This document shows, piece after piece, positions 14,109-25,419 of a stretch of 64,000 nucleotides of DNA. The translations under genes were made by a program, and so were the position numbers. Position 1 is the stretch's first letter. The number at the start of each line of letters is the position of its first letter. The notes beneath the pieces are model-generated. The model ran no database searches. It saw nothing but the letters and a program-made list of their open reading frames with translations, and was not told where the DNA came from. The DNA comes from Eledone cirrhosa (taxonomy: Eukaryota): the NCBI GenBank assembly GCA_964016885.1, contig OZ024745.1, positions 125,612,001 to 125,676,000 of the forward strand, given 5' to 3'.

Positions 14109-14303
14109 CACGCATGCACACTCAAACACACAACACACACACACATATATATATATCCACCGCCACGCACCACCACACCTGTGCCCTCCCCGATCGATAC
14201 ATCCCTCTCATTTTTTATAAACGTTTTTTAACCTTTATTTTCCACTTCATGTTTTATTTTTATCCCCTTTTCTCGCTAAATCCTCCCCCTCTCCCACACT
14301 CTC

Positions 14304-14331
14304 CTGATGAAGCGCTTATGCTCGAAACGTC
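14304..14331 (+). ncRNA. Degenerate hammerhead core, homolog of 35534-35562
   Basis: CTGATGAagcgcttatgctcGAAACGTC. Confidence 0.5.
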
Positions 14332-14424
14332 CCCCCCCCCCTACTCTCACTAAGCGTGAAACTAATAATATTTGTAACATTTACTTTTGCGTTTGTCTGC
14401 TTTTTTTTGTTTGCTGATATTCCG

Positions 14425-14465
<41 letters not shown>

Positions 14466-14491
14466 TGTAATAAACAACATAAGATAATTAT

Positions 14492-14562
14492 TTCATTTAC
14501 CAAAGGTTTCACGAAGACAGACGAGCCTGACGCAGATGTCTGACCTTGGTCGTCAGAATGAA
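14492..14562 (-). ncRNA. Hammerhead, inverted copy of 14588-14658
   Basis: Minus strand reads ttcatt-CTGACGA-ccaaggtcagac...gtctgtcttcgt-GAAAC-ctttg-GTA-aatgaa. Confidence 0.7.
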
Positions 14563-14587
14563 ATTTTATTTAAACTTTAAATAAATG

Positions 14588-14658
14588 TTCATTCTGACGA
14601 CCGAGGCTAGAAGTCTGTGTCAGGCTCGTCTGTCTTCATGAAACCTTTGGTAAATGAA
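14588..14658 (+). ncRNA. Type I hammerhead ribozyme with long, imperfect helix II
   Basis: ttcatt-CTGACGA-...-GAAAC-ctttg-GTA/aatgaa. Helix I is 6 bp; helix III is ACC:GGT. Confidence 0.7.
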
Positions 14659-14748
14659 ATAATTATCTTACGTTGTTTATTACATAACTAAAAAGCTCTG
14701 TAGCCTACATAGAGCACTCACTTTTCCTTTACCTTTCCTATGAAAACA

Positions 14749-14884
<136 letters not shown>

Positions 14885-14985
14885 GTTCGGAAAAGATTGT
14901 TTTGGTAAAAACAGGAGTAAGCAGGAGAAAGCTCTCAACAATCGTTGTTTTTAGTTACGATGGGCGCACAGGCATATATCAATTT

Positions 14986-15072
14986 TCATCTGAGGAAACC
15001 GTTCTCAATCAACAGCAAATGCATGAAGGACATCTCGATTGCATGGAGAACCGTGGGAAATAAGTATTATGA
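14986..15072 (+). ncRNA. Candidate hammerhead with long helix II
   Basis: tcat-CTGAGGA-...gttctc...gagaac...-GAAA-taagtATT/atga, just before a TA tract. Confidence 0.5.
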
Positions 15073-15107
15073 TTAAACGATATATGTAACCTCAGCATCT
15101 TATTTTG

Positions 15108-15162
<55 letters not shown>

Positions 15163-15226
15163 CAGGCACATTCACTCACACACACATATGTAAATGTATG
15201 CGAGCTAATAAAGAATATAGAGTGAC

Positions 15227-15351
15227 CTAGTCAAAAGGACTGCCACATCGTGGTGATTGGGGTGGCTGTCTTCCTTGAAATTCATTTTCCGCTGCCAACG
15301 ACAAAAGCTGAGAAGACTTCGGTCAGCATGATGAGTTATCTTCAGACCTTC
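15227..15351 (-). CDS. ADAMTS7/12-like: ADAMTS catalytic-domain exon ([42 protein letters not shown])
   Basis: Acceptor ttaacAG, donor GTCACT. 125 nt, phase 0 to 2. SFC.WQ and [10 protein letters not shown] motifs. Confidence 0.95.
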
Positions 15352-15906
15352 CTGTTAATAAAAATCAAAGCATATCATCAAACACCAATGGATAGATTAT
15401 TAGTCTTGTTTCTACCAACGCTGTTTGTGTGTGTGTGTGTGTGTGTTTGTTTGTGTATGCGTGTGTTTGTGTATGTATGTGTGTGTGTGTGTGTGTGGGA
15501 GTGTGCGTGTTTGTATGCGTGTGAGTGTTTGTGTGAGTCTGTGTGTGTTTGTGTCTGTGTGTGAGTGTTTGTATGTGTGTGTGCGTGTTTATGTTTGTTT
15601 GTGTGTGTGTTTATGTTTGTGTGTGTGAGCGCGTGTGTGTGTGTGGTTGTGAGAGAGTGTGTGTGTGTGTGTGTGTCGGTTGCGACGATGGGTGTACCAG
15701 TTGTTTAATCAAAAGAACAGTCTGCTCGTAAAAGTAACGTGTAAGTGTCTGAGCATTCTACAAATACGTTTACCTTTAATGTAGTTCTCAGGGAGATTCA
15801 GTATTATGCAATAGGTGACAATGCTTAACCTTTGATGTACAGGTAACTGTCAATTGGTCCAGCTGAGTGGACTAGAGCAGCATGGAATAAAGTATCGTGG
15901 TCAAGG

Positions 15907-16064
15907 CAGAGCCGTCTTAACGCATGGCATGCTGGGCAGTGGCCCGGGAGCCCCACGAGGATAGGGGGCCCGCTTGTATTTTTATTCCTGTGAGTGGTTG
16001 TGTAGGTAGGGGCCCCAGTGCTCTGCTTTGCCCGGGGGCCTATAATGCTGTTAAGACAGCCCTG
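15907..16064. mobile_element. hAT-type MITE nested in a SINE
   Basis: TIRs CAGAGCCGTCTTAAC / GTTAAGACAGCCCTG; 8-bp TSD ggtcaagg / ggtcaaga. Confidence 0.8.
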
Positions 16065-16285
16065 GGTCAAGACCACAATAAGCCATGAGTGTTGTTAAAG
16101 ATAAAGACATGCGCTTTCACTCTTTTGCAGCCATATTTCTCATGAATGATGCTGCCTGTTATTTTCAAGTACTCTCGGGTCCCAAATAATACAGGAATAA
16201 GCAGGGGGTTGAATATTTGCTTAAATTCTTATAAGTAGGGGGTTGGAATAAACGGGGATGTTTGGAAATCGATAATTGTATAGGG

Positions 16286-16595
16286 CAGGCATGTTAAACT
16301 GAGGGTCCCGCCGAGGGCCACATGGGTCACATATGTGTTGTCTGAGGGTCACATGGGTCACATATGTGTTGTCTGAGGGCCACATGGGTCACATATGTGT
16401 TGTCTGAGGGCCACATGGGTTACATATGTGTTGTCTGAGGGCCACACATGACAACTAATTGCGCACATTACAACTAATATATATATTTTTAATTTTATAT
16501 TACGCTTGCGCTGTAAAAATCTTTGTGCGGACCGCAGGTGTGCTTGTAAAGGGCCGCAGTTGTGCTTGTAAAGGGCCGCATGTTTGACATGCCTG
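16286..16595. mobile_element. hAT-type MITE with an internal 31-bp tandem repeat (about 4 copies)
   Basis: TIRs CAGGCATGTTAAAC / GTTTGACATGCCTG; TSD gtataggg / gtatagta. Confidence 0.75.
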
Positions 16596-17514
16596 GTATA
16601 GTATACGTTCGTAAATATGGGATTTCTTGTAATGTTCTTTTTTGTCATATATAATGTTTTTTAATGTAAAATAAAATTATTATCAGATACTCCAGTTGTT
16701 GTATAAACAAGAATCACTTTCAATAAAATGTTGCCGGAGATCGATTAGCAAAATTCAATAAGTGGGTTGGAGAAGAGGTTGGAAAAAATTTTAAAAATTA
16801 ATAAGCGGGATGTTGTGGGGTGGACGATTATTCAAAATGTGTGAATAATTTTGAAAATACTCAAGACGGTGAAGGGGGTAATTTGATAACATAAATTTCT
16901 CATTTTAAGCTAGTGTTTAAAAACAACTTAATAAACAAACTTACATAAAATTGTGGTGGAAGCTGTTTACATATATATAAGCACTTGAAACGAAACAGTT
17001 TAGTATCGATGAAAAAACAGAAGTGGTTTCGTATCAAAGGGTTAAATGTTTTTCTTGACAAAAATATAGATTAAAATTCGTAAAATAACACACTGAAATA
17101 CATCTTACATATACAGTGTACCCCGACATTCACGGTCCCGGTTTTTCGCGGATTGTTAGATCGCCCACCATTTCCTAAAAATTCGTTCATCGCCCACCCG
17201 ATAGTTGAAATCGCCCACCGGTGGGTGATATCGCCCAGGTTGGGAAACCCTGGTTTAGACGTTACGTTTTAGTTAGAGTAATATCTCCCTTCCTCTACGT
17301 GACGGACGGTCTGACAGACACGGCTCTTATTGTAATATAGATTAATCTTTACTGTCTATCTATTTTATATTCCGTTTACTGATATAGTTATTTACTTAAT
17401 TCTTTTTGCTCGTGCCAAGGTTTGATGAAGGTTCAAGTTTAGGTATTACTGTTATTAACCAACTCATGCCTGAGAAAATTCACATTTTCTGTATCAATTC
17501 CAGACAGCAACTAA

Positions 17515-18018
17515 TCTAATGGCAATTTCTGTCTGTTTGTTTATTTGTTTGTGATCCTAAATCTCAAAAGCTACCAAACCGATCTTGATGAACCTTGACA
17601 CGTGTGTGGGGCTCATGCCCATAGGATTTCTTACGTATATTTTATTTTAATCAAAGCGTTCCCCGGGGCCTCAAGTCCCCGCTGAAAATGTTTTCCCTTC
17701 GATTTATATGAAATTTAAACCATAGGTAAATGACAAGATATGATGCCTATTCACAAAATTTCAGCAAATTTCAATAATACTAAGACACCCTAATGGGGGT
17801 TCTATTATTTTCCTTATAACAACACTCAACTTCTCCGACAAACATTTTTTCACCCGACCAATGCAATCAACAATATTTGTTTGTATTATTGTTTCGTAAA
17901 TGAATTTGTCTTCGCTTTTCATTATCTGTCCTATATTTTGATTTCATTTTTGGTCTGAGAGGCATTGGGCATTTTAATGGGAACTGGGATTACCCCCGCT
18001 CCCGGGTACCTCAGCTAG
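17515..18018 (+). mobile_element. Non-autonomous Helitron-like element
   Basis: Starts with (ctgt/ttgt)n and ends with a GC-rich hairpin-like cccgctcccggg followed by CTAG/t. Confidence 0.55.
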
Positions 18019-18646
18019 TATAATCTAAATCTATTTCATACGTTAGATAGCAGAGTAGCTATGTAAAACTCATGTACCGTTATTACATGAATAACATGTT
18101 GCTTTGCAATCACATGTAACGAAAAGAACAAACATAGTAAAGGACTCTATAATTTTATCAGAAACCCTGGACATAATATCTATCAGGAACAAAATGAATA
18201 AAGCTTTCAAACACTGCAACATAATCTTACCTGAACTAAACTTCATTCGAGGAAATGGGATTTACGTATATGTGGTATGCTAAGGTTCGTGTGGCTAAGA
18301 TTAGAGAAGAGAGAGAAAGCTAGCGATTTTTTACTGGAGACATCTGGTTATCAGGAGATGAATTTGGGAGGTATCTAAACCTGGAAAAATAATATATATA
18401 TTTGTGTGTATGTGTATGTATAAATACATGCATGACCACGCAAACTTACGTTTATGAGAGAGATTGTGTTTGTGAGGATACATAAGTGAGAGTATGCGCG
18501 TGTGTGTGCCATTAATCCTTGCAGCAATCATATAAATATTTATACATCCCCCCCAAGAAATACAAATATTATCAACAAAAATATTATCTCATGTAAAATA
18601 GCAAAGAAATAAGTAGATCTTAGAATTGGAATTTCTGAGAACTCAC

Positions 18647-18730
18647 CTGCTCATCTTCCAGTAGCAACAACCGAACCATCTTAATGTTGATTGCATTCCC
18701 TATACTGGCATCGTGGAATAACGAAGATAC
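18647..18730 (-). CDS. ADAMTS7/12-like: ADAMTS catalytic-domain exon (VSSLFHDASIGNAINIKMVRLLLLEDEQ)
   Basis: Acceptor atttttAG, donor GTGAGT. 84 nt, phase 0 to 0. Conserved LF.D.SIGN.I.I..VRL motif. Confidence 0.95.
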
Positions 18731-19370
18731 CTAAAAATACAATTGACAGATTTAATTAATTTAAGGTCTTCAGCGACGTTTGCATGGTACATTATTCTAA
18801 AGTAATTTTTTAAAAAGTATTTTACCGGTTTCAGTTATTTGACCGAGGTAAGCAGTGTGGGAAATCACTTCGACGAATGGATTACGGTACTTATCTATTG
18901 CAAGTCTAGTACTTGTGGATTTGTGTTCTTGTCGAAACGCTAAGTTACGAGGGCGGCGAATTGGCAGAGTGGTTAGAACGTCGGATAGAATAGTTTATGG
19001 CATTTATCCGGCTCTCCGTTTACTCTGAGTACAAATCTCGCCGAAGTCCACTTTATCTTCCGATAAAAAAAGTACCAGTCTAGTACTGGGATCGAATCTT
19101 CCTCTCTGCCTCTTTCTAACTTCCTCTCTCTCACTTTCTATCCTTCTCTTGAAGAAATCTCCTGTATTCAGGTCTGGAAAGGGATGGGGTCTGCCAGGCT
19201 TAATATGCCCAAGAAACGCTGTATTTCAATACGGTGCCCCTAGGACTCCACCGGGAGTTACAGGACCATACCATAAGTTACAAGGCATAAAGACAAACAC
19301 AAATGTAAAGACTGAGACGGCCACACACACACACATACACACACACACACATATATATGTATGTGTGTGT

Positions 19371-19640
19371 GAAGGCGCATGGCTTAGTGGTTAAAGCATT
19401 GGGCTTGCAATCGAAAGGTTGTGAGTTCAATTCTCAGACCAGGTGATGTGTTCTTTCCTTGAGCAAGACACTTTATTTCACGTTACTCCAGTTTATTCAG
19501 CTGTAGAAATGAGTACAGGCCTGCCCGCCCAGCCAGTGGGATGGTGTTATCTTATGGCTAAAACAGCACGACGTGCTGTGACCAGCGGCGCCGATTGGCG
19601 CCCGACAGTCTGGTCGGTCAAGGTGATCGGTCAAGGTGAT
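19371..19640 (+). mobile_element. tRNA-derived SINE family B (CORE-like ccttgagcaagacact); other copies near 60-460 (-), 3135 (+), 5775-6052 (-), 13195 (+), 15700-16085 (-) and 38610-38865 (-)
   Basis: ggcgcatggcttagtggtta...gagttcaattc head followed by ccttgagcaagacactttatttcacgtt. Confidence 0.75.
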
Positions 19641-20789
19641 ATATATATATGTATATATATATATAAACATATACAAATGATGAGTCTCTACAGTTTCCGT
19701 CTAATAAATTTCACCCAGAAAAATGTTGGCCAAACCGAAGCTATAGGAAATGACACTTGCCCACGTTGCTCTGAAGTGGTACCGAACCTGAAACTACAGG
19801 GTTCCAATGTGCTTTTCTTAACCAAAGAGTCGGTCATGCTCTTCGAATGTACAGAAAAAAGAGAATAAAAACAAAACAAAACAAAAAGATATCACCCTTA
19901 AATAGAGTTGTTTCTATTGGTGTTGTTGTTGCGATACTTATAACATCCAATTGAAGGAAATATTTTAATTTCTAAATGGTACAAAATGGTACAAGTTGGT
20001 AGAGTTGCAGAATTGGTAGATCGTCGCATAAAATACCATCGCCGTATTTGTTCTGGCTTTTTACATTCTGGGCTCATATCCCGTCGAGGGCAACTTACTC
20101 TTTTATCATTCCGGATCGATAAAATAAGGTATTCGTCAAATATTGGGGTTGATTTAATCAACTTTGCCCTTCCCCATGAATTTGGGAGATAGCTGCTTTG
20201 GATTAATCATAGAGGTTTAGATAAATCCCAGACTGCCCGCATTACCTAAGATAAATCGCATCTCTGAAATGTTCGTCTACGGCAAAGTGGTCTGCACATA
20301 TTGAGCAGATCTATTCAACCAGTCCACGGCGAATGATTCAGTTGTGAACAGAAGAAAATGCTTTGTTGTTATTTAATTACATTCTGAGTTCAGTATCCGT
20401 TGAAATCAAAATTGCCTTTCCTCATACTGGAATCGATAAAACAAAGTATTTGTGAAATACTGGGTCGATATTATTGGTTCTTCTTTTTCTCGAAACTGTG
20501 CCCATAGTCTGCATAGTTAGAGCATTCAACAACATTGCAGTATATATTCTGACTTTTTATCTCCTGAGTTCAAAGCCTGGTGTGACCATTAAAGTAAGAT
20601 TGTGCTGAGGCACCATCGTGTTGAATTTTAGTTGAATGCATCAACATCCATCATTTATTTTATAGACTTCCAGAAAATGAGAGGTAAAGTGGATCTGGTC
20701 GGGATTTGAACTATGTTTGTTAAAGAACATAACCAAATACTCAATGTGTCCTAACTATAATCTTAATTCTGCCATCCAACTACCAAATA

Positions 20790-20990
20790 TGGCTCGTCGT
20801 CATGTTTCGCACGGGTTGCAGTTGAGACTTCGGGCGCTCCTCCGCAAGATCGGAACGTCAGCAGCTCTTCTGAGGAAGGGGCCCCGTGAGGCGGTGTGGC
20901 TGTTGCAGCGGATGTCACTGGTCAATGTCCGCGGAAATGTCTTTGGGGACTTCTCCGCGGAGCGCAGCCCTAACACCGCCACGCCATAGG
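20790..20990 (+). mobile_element. GC-rich C-terminal fragment of a CRE/NeSL-like RLE retrotransposon
   Basis: WLLQRMSLVNVRGNV resembles the L.QR.S.A..RGNA terminus of this group; local GC is far above the flanks. Confidence 0.55.
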
Positions 20991-21133
20991 CCTAAAGCCA
21001 TTCCCCCTCCAATTCTCAATTCTTTTGTGACCTTAGAGCCCTTCCTTTTCCCTTCCTTTTTCGTTTTTAAATATCTGTAGTGTTGTTCTTATTTGAAATA
21101 GATTTGTTTATGGTTTGTTTCATTTCACAGTAA

Positions 21134-21206
<73 letters not shown>

Positions 21207-21228
21207 ACTGAGTGTGTGTGTGTGTGTC

Positions 21229-21291
<63 letters not shown>

Positions 21292-21624
21292 CACTGCGTG
21301 TGTGTGTGTGTGTGTCACTGCGTGTGTGTGTGTGTGAGTGCGGACGCGCACGTATCCTCACTATGATAAGCAGAGAGTTGTGGTTTGTTGAAGTTTTGAG
21401 ACATAGGTTACGGCATATATTGCAATATATTTAATTTGCAACATGAGCTGCGTTTTAGAAATAAACAAGTTGTTTTTGTATACAATGTTTATGTTGTGTT
21501 GTAAGCAGCTTTTCAATGTTTTTAACAAAAAAACACTTGTCCTCTTTCTAACGGCATAATGCAGCAATCTTTGTCACTGACTAAACTACTTGTAATTTTA
21601 TTCCAACAAGCAGAACTTAGAGCG

Positions 21625-21667
<43 letters not shown>

Positions 21668-21672
21668 ATAAT

Positions 21673-21723
<51 letters not shown>

Positions 21724-21877
21724 ATATATATATATATATTTTTTTAGTATATGTTGGTTGTATACCAACACCTCAGTATGCAGGCTGGAGCACTTGACGA
21801 AGTGCGCAGGTTGGTTTGGTTACTCCGGAGTAATGTAAAATAAAAAGTCAAATGTTTAAAATTTAGCTTCGTTTATT

Positions 21878-21932
21878 ACTGCTATATATATTTCGGTGAC
21901 AGCCATCTTTGGCTGTGACCTCTTCAGGCAGT
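21878..21932 (-). ncRNA. Type I hammerhead ribozyme, left arm of the same palindrome (sense to ADAMTS)
   Basis: Reverse-complement copy of 22169-22223 with an intact core. Confidence 0.8.
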
Positions 21933-22168
21933 CTGATTTAGTGTGGTATAGACAAGTACATATATTGTTGAGGTGTATAATTTTGTTAATACTCTGATAT
22001 GCCCAGTTCCTGGTTGGGTTGTTATTTCACTGAGGAACTGGAATCATATGGATATGATTCCAGTTCCTCAGTGAAATAACAACCCAACCAGGAACTGGGC
22101 ATATCAGAGTATTAACAAAATTATACACCTCAACAATATATGTACTTGTCTATACCACACTAAATCGG

Positions 22169-22223
22169 ACTGCCTGAAGAGGTCACAGCCAAAGATGGCT
22201 GTCACCGAAATATATATAGCAGT
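22169..22223 (+). ncRNA. Type I hammerhead ribozyme, right arm of a 432-bp palindrome
   Basis: actgc-CTGAAGA-ggtcacagcc aaagat ggctgtcacc-GAAA-tatatata/gcagt, followed directly by AATAAA. Confidence 0.8.
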
Positions 22224-22556
22224 AATAAACGAGGCTAAATTTTAAACATTTGACTTTTTATTTTACTTTATTTTATATATATATATATATATTTTTATAT
22301 ATATAATAATAATAATATATATATATATTGGAATAAATGCTTTGAAATAGCGATATATATGTGAAGATAGACATAGAATATTCGAAAATATTCTGTATGT
22401 TTATAATAAACATTTTGAAGACCTAATCGCTATAGAATAGAATACGTCACGTATTACAATTAGATTCTCGATAAAAGCAAGGGAAGTAACCGGCAACCGC
22501 TCTTTCAAACCAGTTCCTGTACACAGCTAAGTATTCTATAAGTCTCTAGCTGTGTC

Positions 22557-22645
22557 ATTCTCGATAAAAGCACTGGATATGTAATCCTGAAGATTTCTAA
22601 TAAGAATGAAACGCGTAGGTTACTTCCCTTGCTTTTATCGAGAAT
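22557..22645 (+). ncRNA. Type I hammerhead ribozyme with extended helix I (intact core)
   Basis: gtaatc-CTGAAGA-tttct aata agaat-GAAAC-gc-GTA/ggttac. Helix I gtaatc:ggttac continues, after an internal loop, as attctcgataaaagca:tgcttttatcgagaat. Helix III is palindromic (ACGCGT). Predicted cut after 22617. Confidence 0.85.
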
Positions 22646-22890
22646 CTAATTGTAATACGTGACGTATTCTATTCTATAGCGATTAGGTCTTCAAAATGTT
22701 TATTATAAACATACAGAATATTTTCGAATATTCTATGTCTATCTTCACATATATATCGCTATTTCAGAGCATTTATTCCAATTTCTAATTTCTGCCGGAC
22801 CGGCAACCGCTCTTTCAAACCAGTTCCTGTACACAGCTAAGTATTCTATAAGTCTCTAGCTGTGTCATTCTCGATAAAAGCACTGGATAT

Positions 22891-22933
22891 GTAATCCTAA
22901 AGATTTCTAATAAGAATGAAACGCGTAGGTTAC
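22891..22933 (+). ncRNA. Hammerhead copy 2, core changed to CTAAAGA (likely inactive)
   Basis: Same as 22581-22623, offset by 310 bp, except for a G-to-A change in CUGANGA. Confidence 0.75.
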
Positions 22934-23200
22934 TTCCCTTGCTTTTATCGAGAATCTAATTGTAATACGTGACGTATTCTATTCTATAGCGATTAGGTCT
23001 TCAAAATGTTTATTATAAACATACAGAATATTTTCGAATATTCTATGTCTATCTTCACATATATATCGCTATTTCAGAGCATTTATTCCAATTTCTAATT
23101 TCTGCCGGACCGGCAACCGCTCTTTCAAACCAGTTCCTGTACACAGCTAAGTATTCTATAAGTCTCTAGCTGTGTCATTCTCGATAAAAGCACTGGATAT

Positions 23201-23243
23201 GTAATCCTAAAGATTTCTAATAAGAATGAAACGCGTAGGTTAC
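23201..23243 (+). ncRNA. Hammerhead copy 3, core changed to CTAAAGA (likely inactive)
   Basis: Third 310-bp unit; same core substitution as copy 2. Confidence 0.75.
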
Positions 23244-23363
23244 TTCCCTTGCTTTTATCGAGAATCTAATTGTAATACGTGACGTATTCTATTCTATAGC
23301 GATTAGGTCTTCAAAATGTTTATTATAAACATACAGAATATTTTCGAATATTCTATGTCTATC

Positions 23364-23395
<32 letters not shown>

Positions 23396-23397
<2 letters not shown>

Positions 23398-23625
23398 GTT
23401 ATGTAATAAACAACATAAGATAATTATTTCATTTACCAGTGGTTTCTTGAAAGCAGATATTGTATCTGTTTTTAGACGACTGAAAACAGATACAATATCT
23501 GCTTTCAAGAAACCACTGGTAAATGAAATAATTATCTTATGTTGTTTATTACATAACTAATAAGCTCTGTAGCCTACATAGAGCACTCTTTTTTCCTGTA
23601 CCTCTCCGACGGAATTACTTCAATT
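23396..23625. mobile_element. Second fold-back element of the 14460 family; HHR truncated within its core
   Basis: Palindrome 23396-23560. The right arm keeps GACGA, helix II, GAAAC-cactg-GTA-aatgaa and the tail agctctgtagcctacatagagcactc. Confidence 0.8.
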
Positions 23626-23658
23626 ATATATATATATACTATATTATATATATATATA

Positions 23659-23709
<51 letters not shown>

Positions 23710-24772
23710 CTTTTTGTCTTGCAGTTGAACGTAAATAACCATGTCTCACTCACGATACTGACAGTTTAATAAACCGTACATACATATACGCGTGCGCAGA
23801 CACATTCACCCTCCACTCATCCCGACACAAACACTCAATTACAAGTTGTGATTGCACAAGAGTTTGGAATCTGATATAACTAATAGTTTTATAATACGTA
23901 TATAACTGCACGTGTGGATGTTTGAGTGCATACATACATATATAGTGGCTGCAGACTCTGCTAAGAATTTTGCAATCGCTTGTCAGATTACAGAAAATGG
24001 TGCAACTTTAGGCTTCGGCCAGCCACGTGAACCTGTAACATATCCTGAACATGCAATGTCTAATTTGAAGGGATTTTTCAAGTGGGGAAAGGCCTTGCAT
24101 CGAAAACACTACCCGAAAAGGAGAACTGGTCAACATCATCGGATGTTTACGAAACCGCAGGTTTTTTGTTTTTTCAAAGTTTCCCTCCCTTAGAAAGGTG
24201 TTGTGACAACAACTGGGGGCCTTTCATTGCCAGGTAAAAAATAAAGAAGAAAAGTACTATTTGGATGGCCGTTGACTCTGCCGAGTTCCTTCGCGCTTTG
24301 CCAGGTCTTGTATTTCATACCACCCTCTCACCAAGCAAGCTTGGTGGTGTTGCCTGTTTAGTCGCCGACGACCCAATCATGAGACAGGTTGTACTGGGTT
24401 ACATGTTACCAGTAGCACTCGAGACTTACCTGATATACATACATACATGCATATATACATGATGATGCCCCCCCCCCCCCCCTCGTTATCGAATATGGCC
24501 ATTGCATGATTTAATTAATTATCAATTAATGCTATCGTGCAATGCCTGTGCGTGAAGATTATTTTTTAAAGTGAGGAAAGACTGTGCACTGAGCCAATCC
24601 CACTCTCTGAGCGATAGTAGCTATAACCCGCAAAGAAGAAAAGATCAACGTCATCGGAAACTACTAAGCCGCAGGTTTTATGTTGGAGTTATCCCAGTTT
24701 CCTGTATCGCCTTCTCCTAGAAGAATGCCCTGAAAAATGCTAAAGGGTCCTTCACTTCCAGTTGTTTAATCA

Positions 24773-24830
<58 letters not shown>

Positions 24831-24914
24831 AAAGGTAAACAGAAATAACAACACAATCGGTACAGTATATGGAAGGGATTTATTAGGTTAACGCTTGATA
24901 TAGCAGGAAGAGGG

Positions 24915-24950
24915 TCTTAACATTTCGGACGCTATTCCTTCATCAGAAGA
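24915..24950 (-). ncRNA. Minimal hammerhead between TA tracts
   Basis: Minus strand reads tctt-CTGATGA-agga atagcg tcc-GAAA-tgtt/aaga, with AATAAA downstream. Confidence 0.6.
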
Positions 24951-24985
24951 AACAATGAGAAATAAGATAGATTAAGGGGACGGGC

Positions 24986-25033
<48 letters not shown>

Positions 25034-25252
25034 GGTTAGCCTGTCCCAAGTCATCAGGGCCGGTGCTTATATCCGATTTCATTTTTCAATGGCATTAAGC
25101 AGCTGAGAGTAGAAGCCTCTTCCAAAACAAATCTATAATCAAAGACATTTCAGCCTTGACTATCTTGTGTATGTGTGTGTGTGTTTATGTGTGTATGTGT
25201 GTGTGTGTTTATGTGCGTGCGTGTGTTTATGTGTATTTGTGTGTTGTTGTGA

Positions 25253-25419
<167 letters not shown>

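Larger units (their letters stand above)
14460..14740. mobile_element. Fold-back HHR element (palindrome 14460-14690 plus unique tail), between TA tracts
   Basis: Inverted arms of about 100 bp. The same family appears at 23396-23625, and its tail is homologous to 44746-44830 on the minus strand. Confidence 0.8.
21835..22266. repeat. Near-perfect 215-bp inverted repeat with 2-nt spacer (Penelope-like fold-back)
   Basis: Arms 21835-22049 and 22052-22266; I saw only two mismatches (21868/22233 and 21934/22167). Confidence 0.92.
22327..23367 (+). mobile_element. Retrozyme-like / Penelope-like tandem array (about 2.8 units of 310 bp) with a 5' inverted segment, in a (TA)n tract
   Basis: cggcaaccgctctttc recurs at 22491, 22801 and 23111. 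22327-22491 is the reverse complement of 22618-22782. One HHR per unit; TA tracts on both sides. Confidence 0.85.

Noticed and set aside
21835-23560. Palindromes as sequencing or assembly fold-back artefacts
   Set aside because: Arms carry substitutions in most cases, the structures recur in independent families, and breakpoints coincide with ribozyme features. Long-read confirmation is still advisable.
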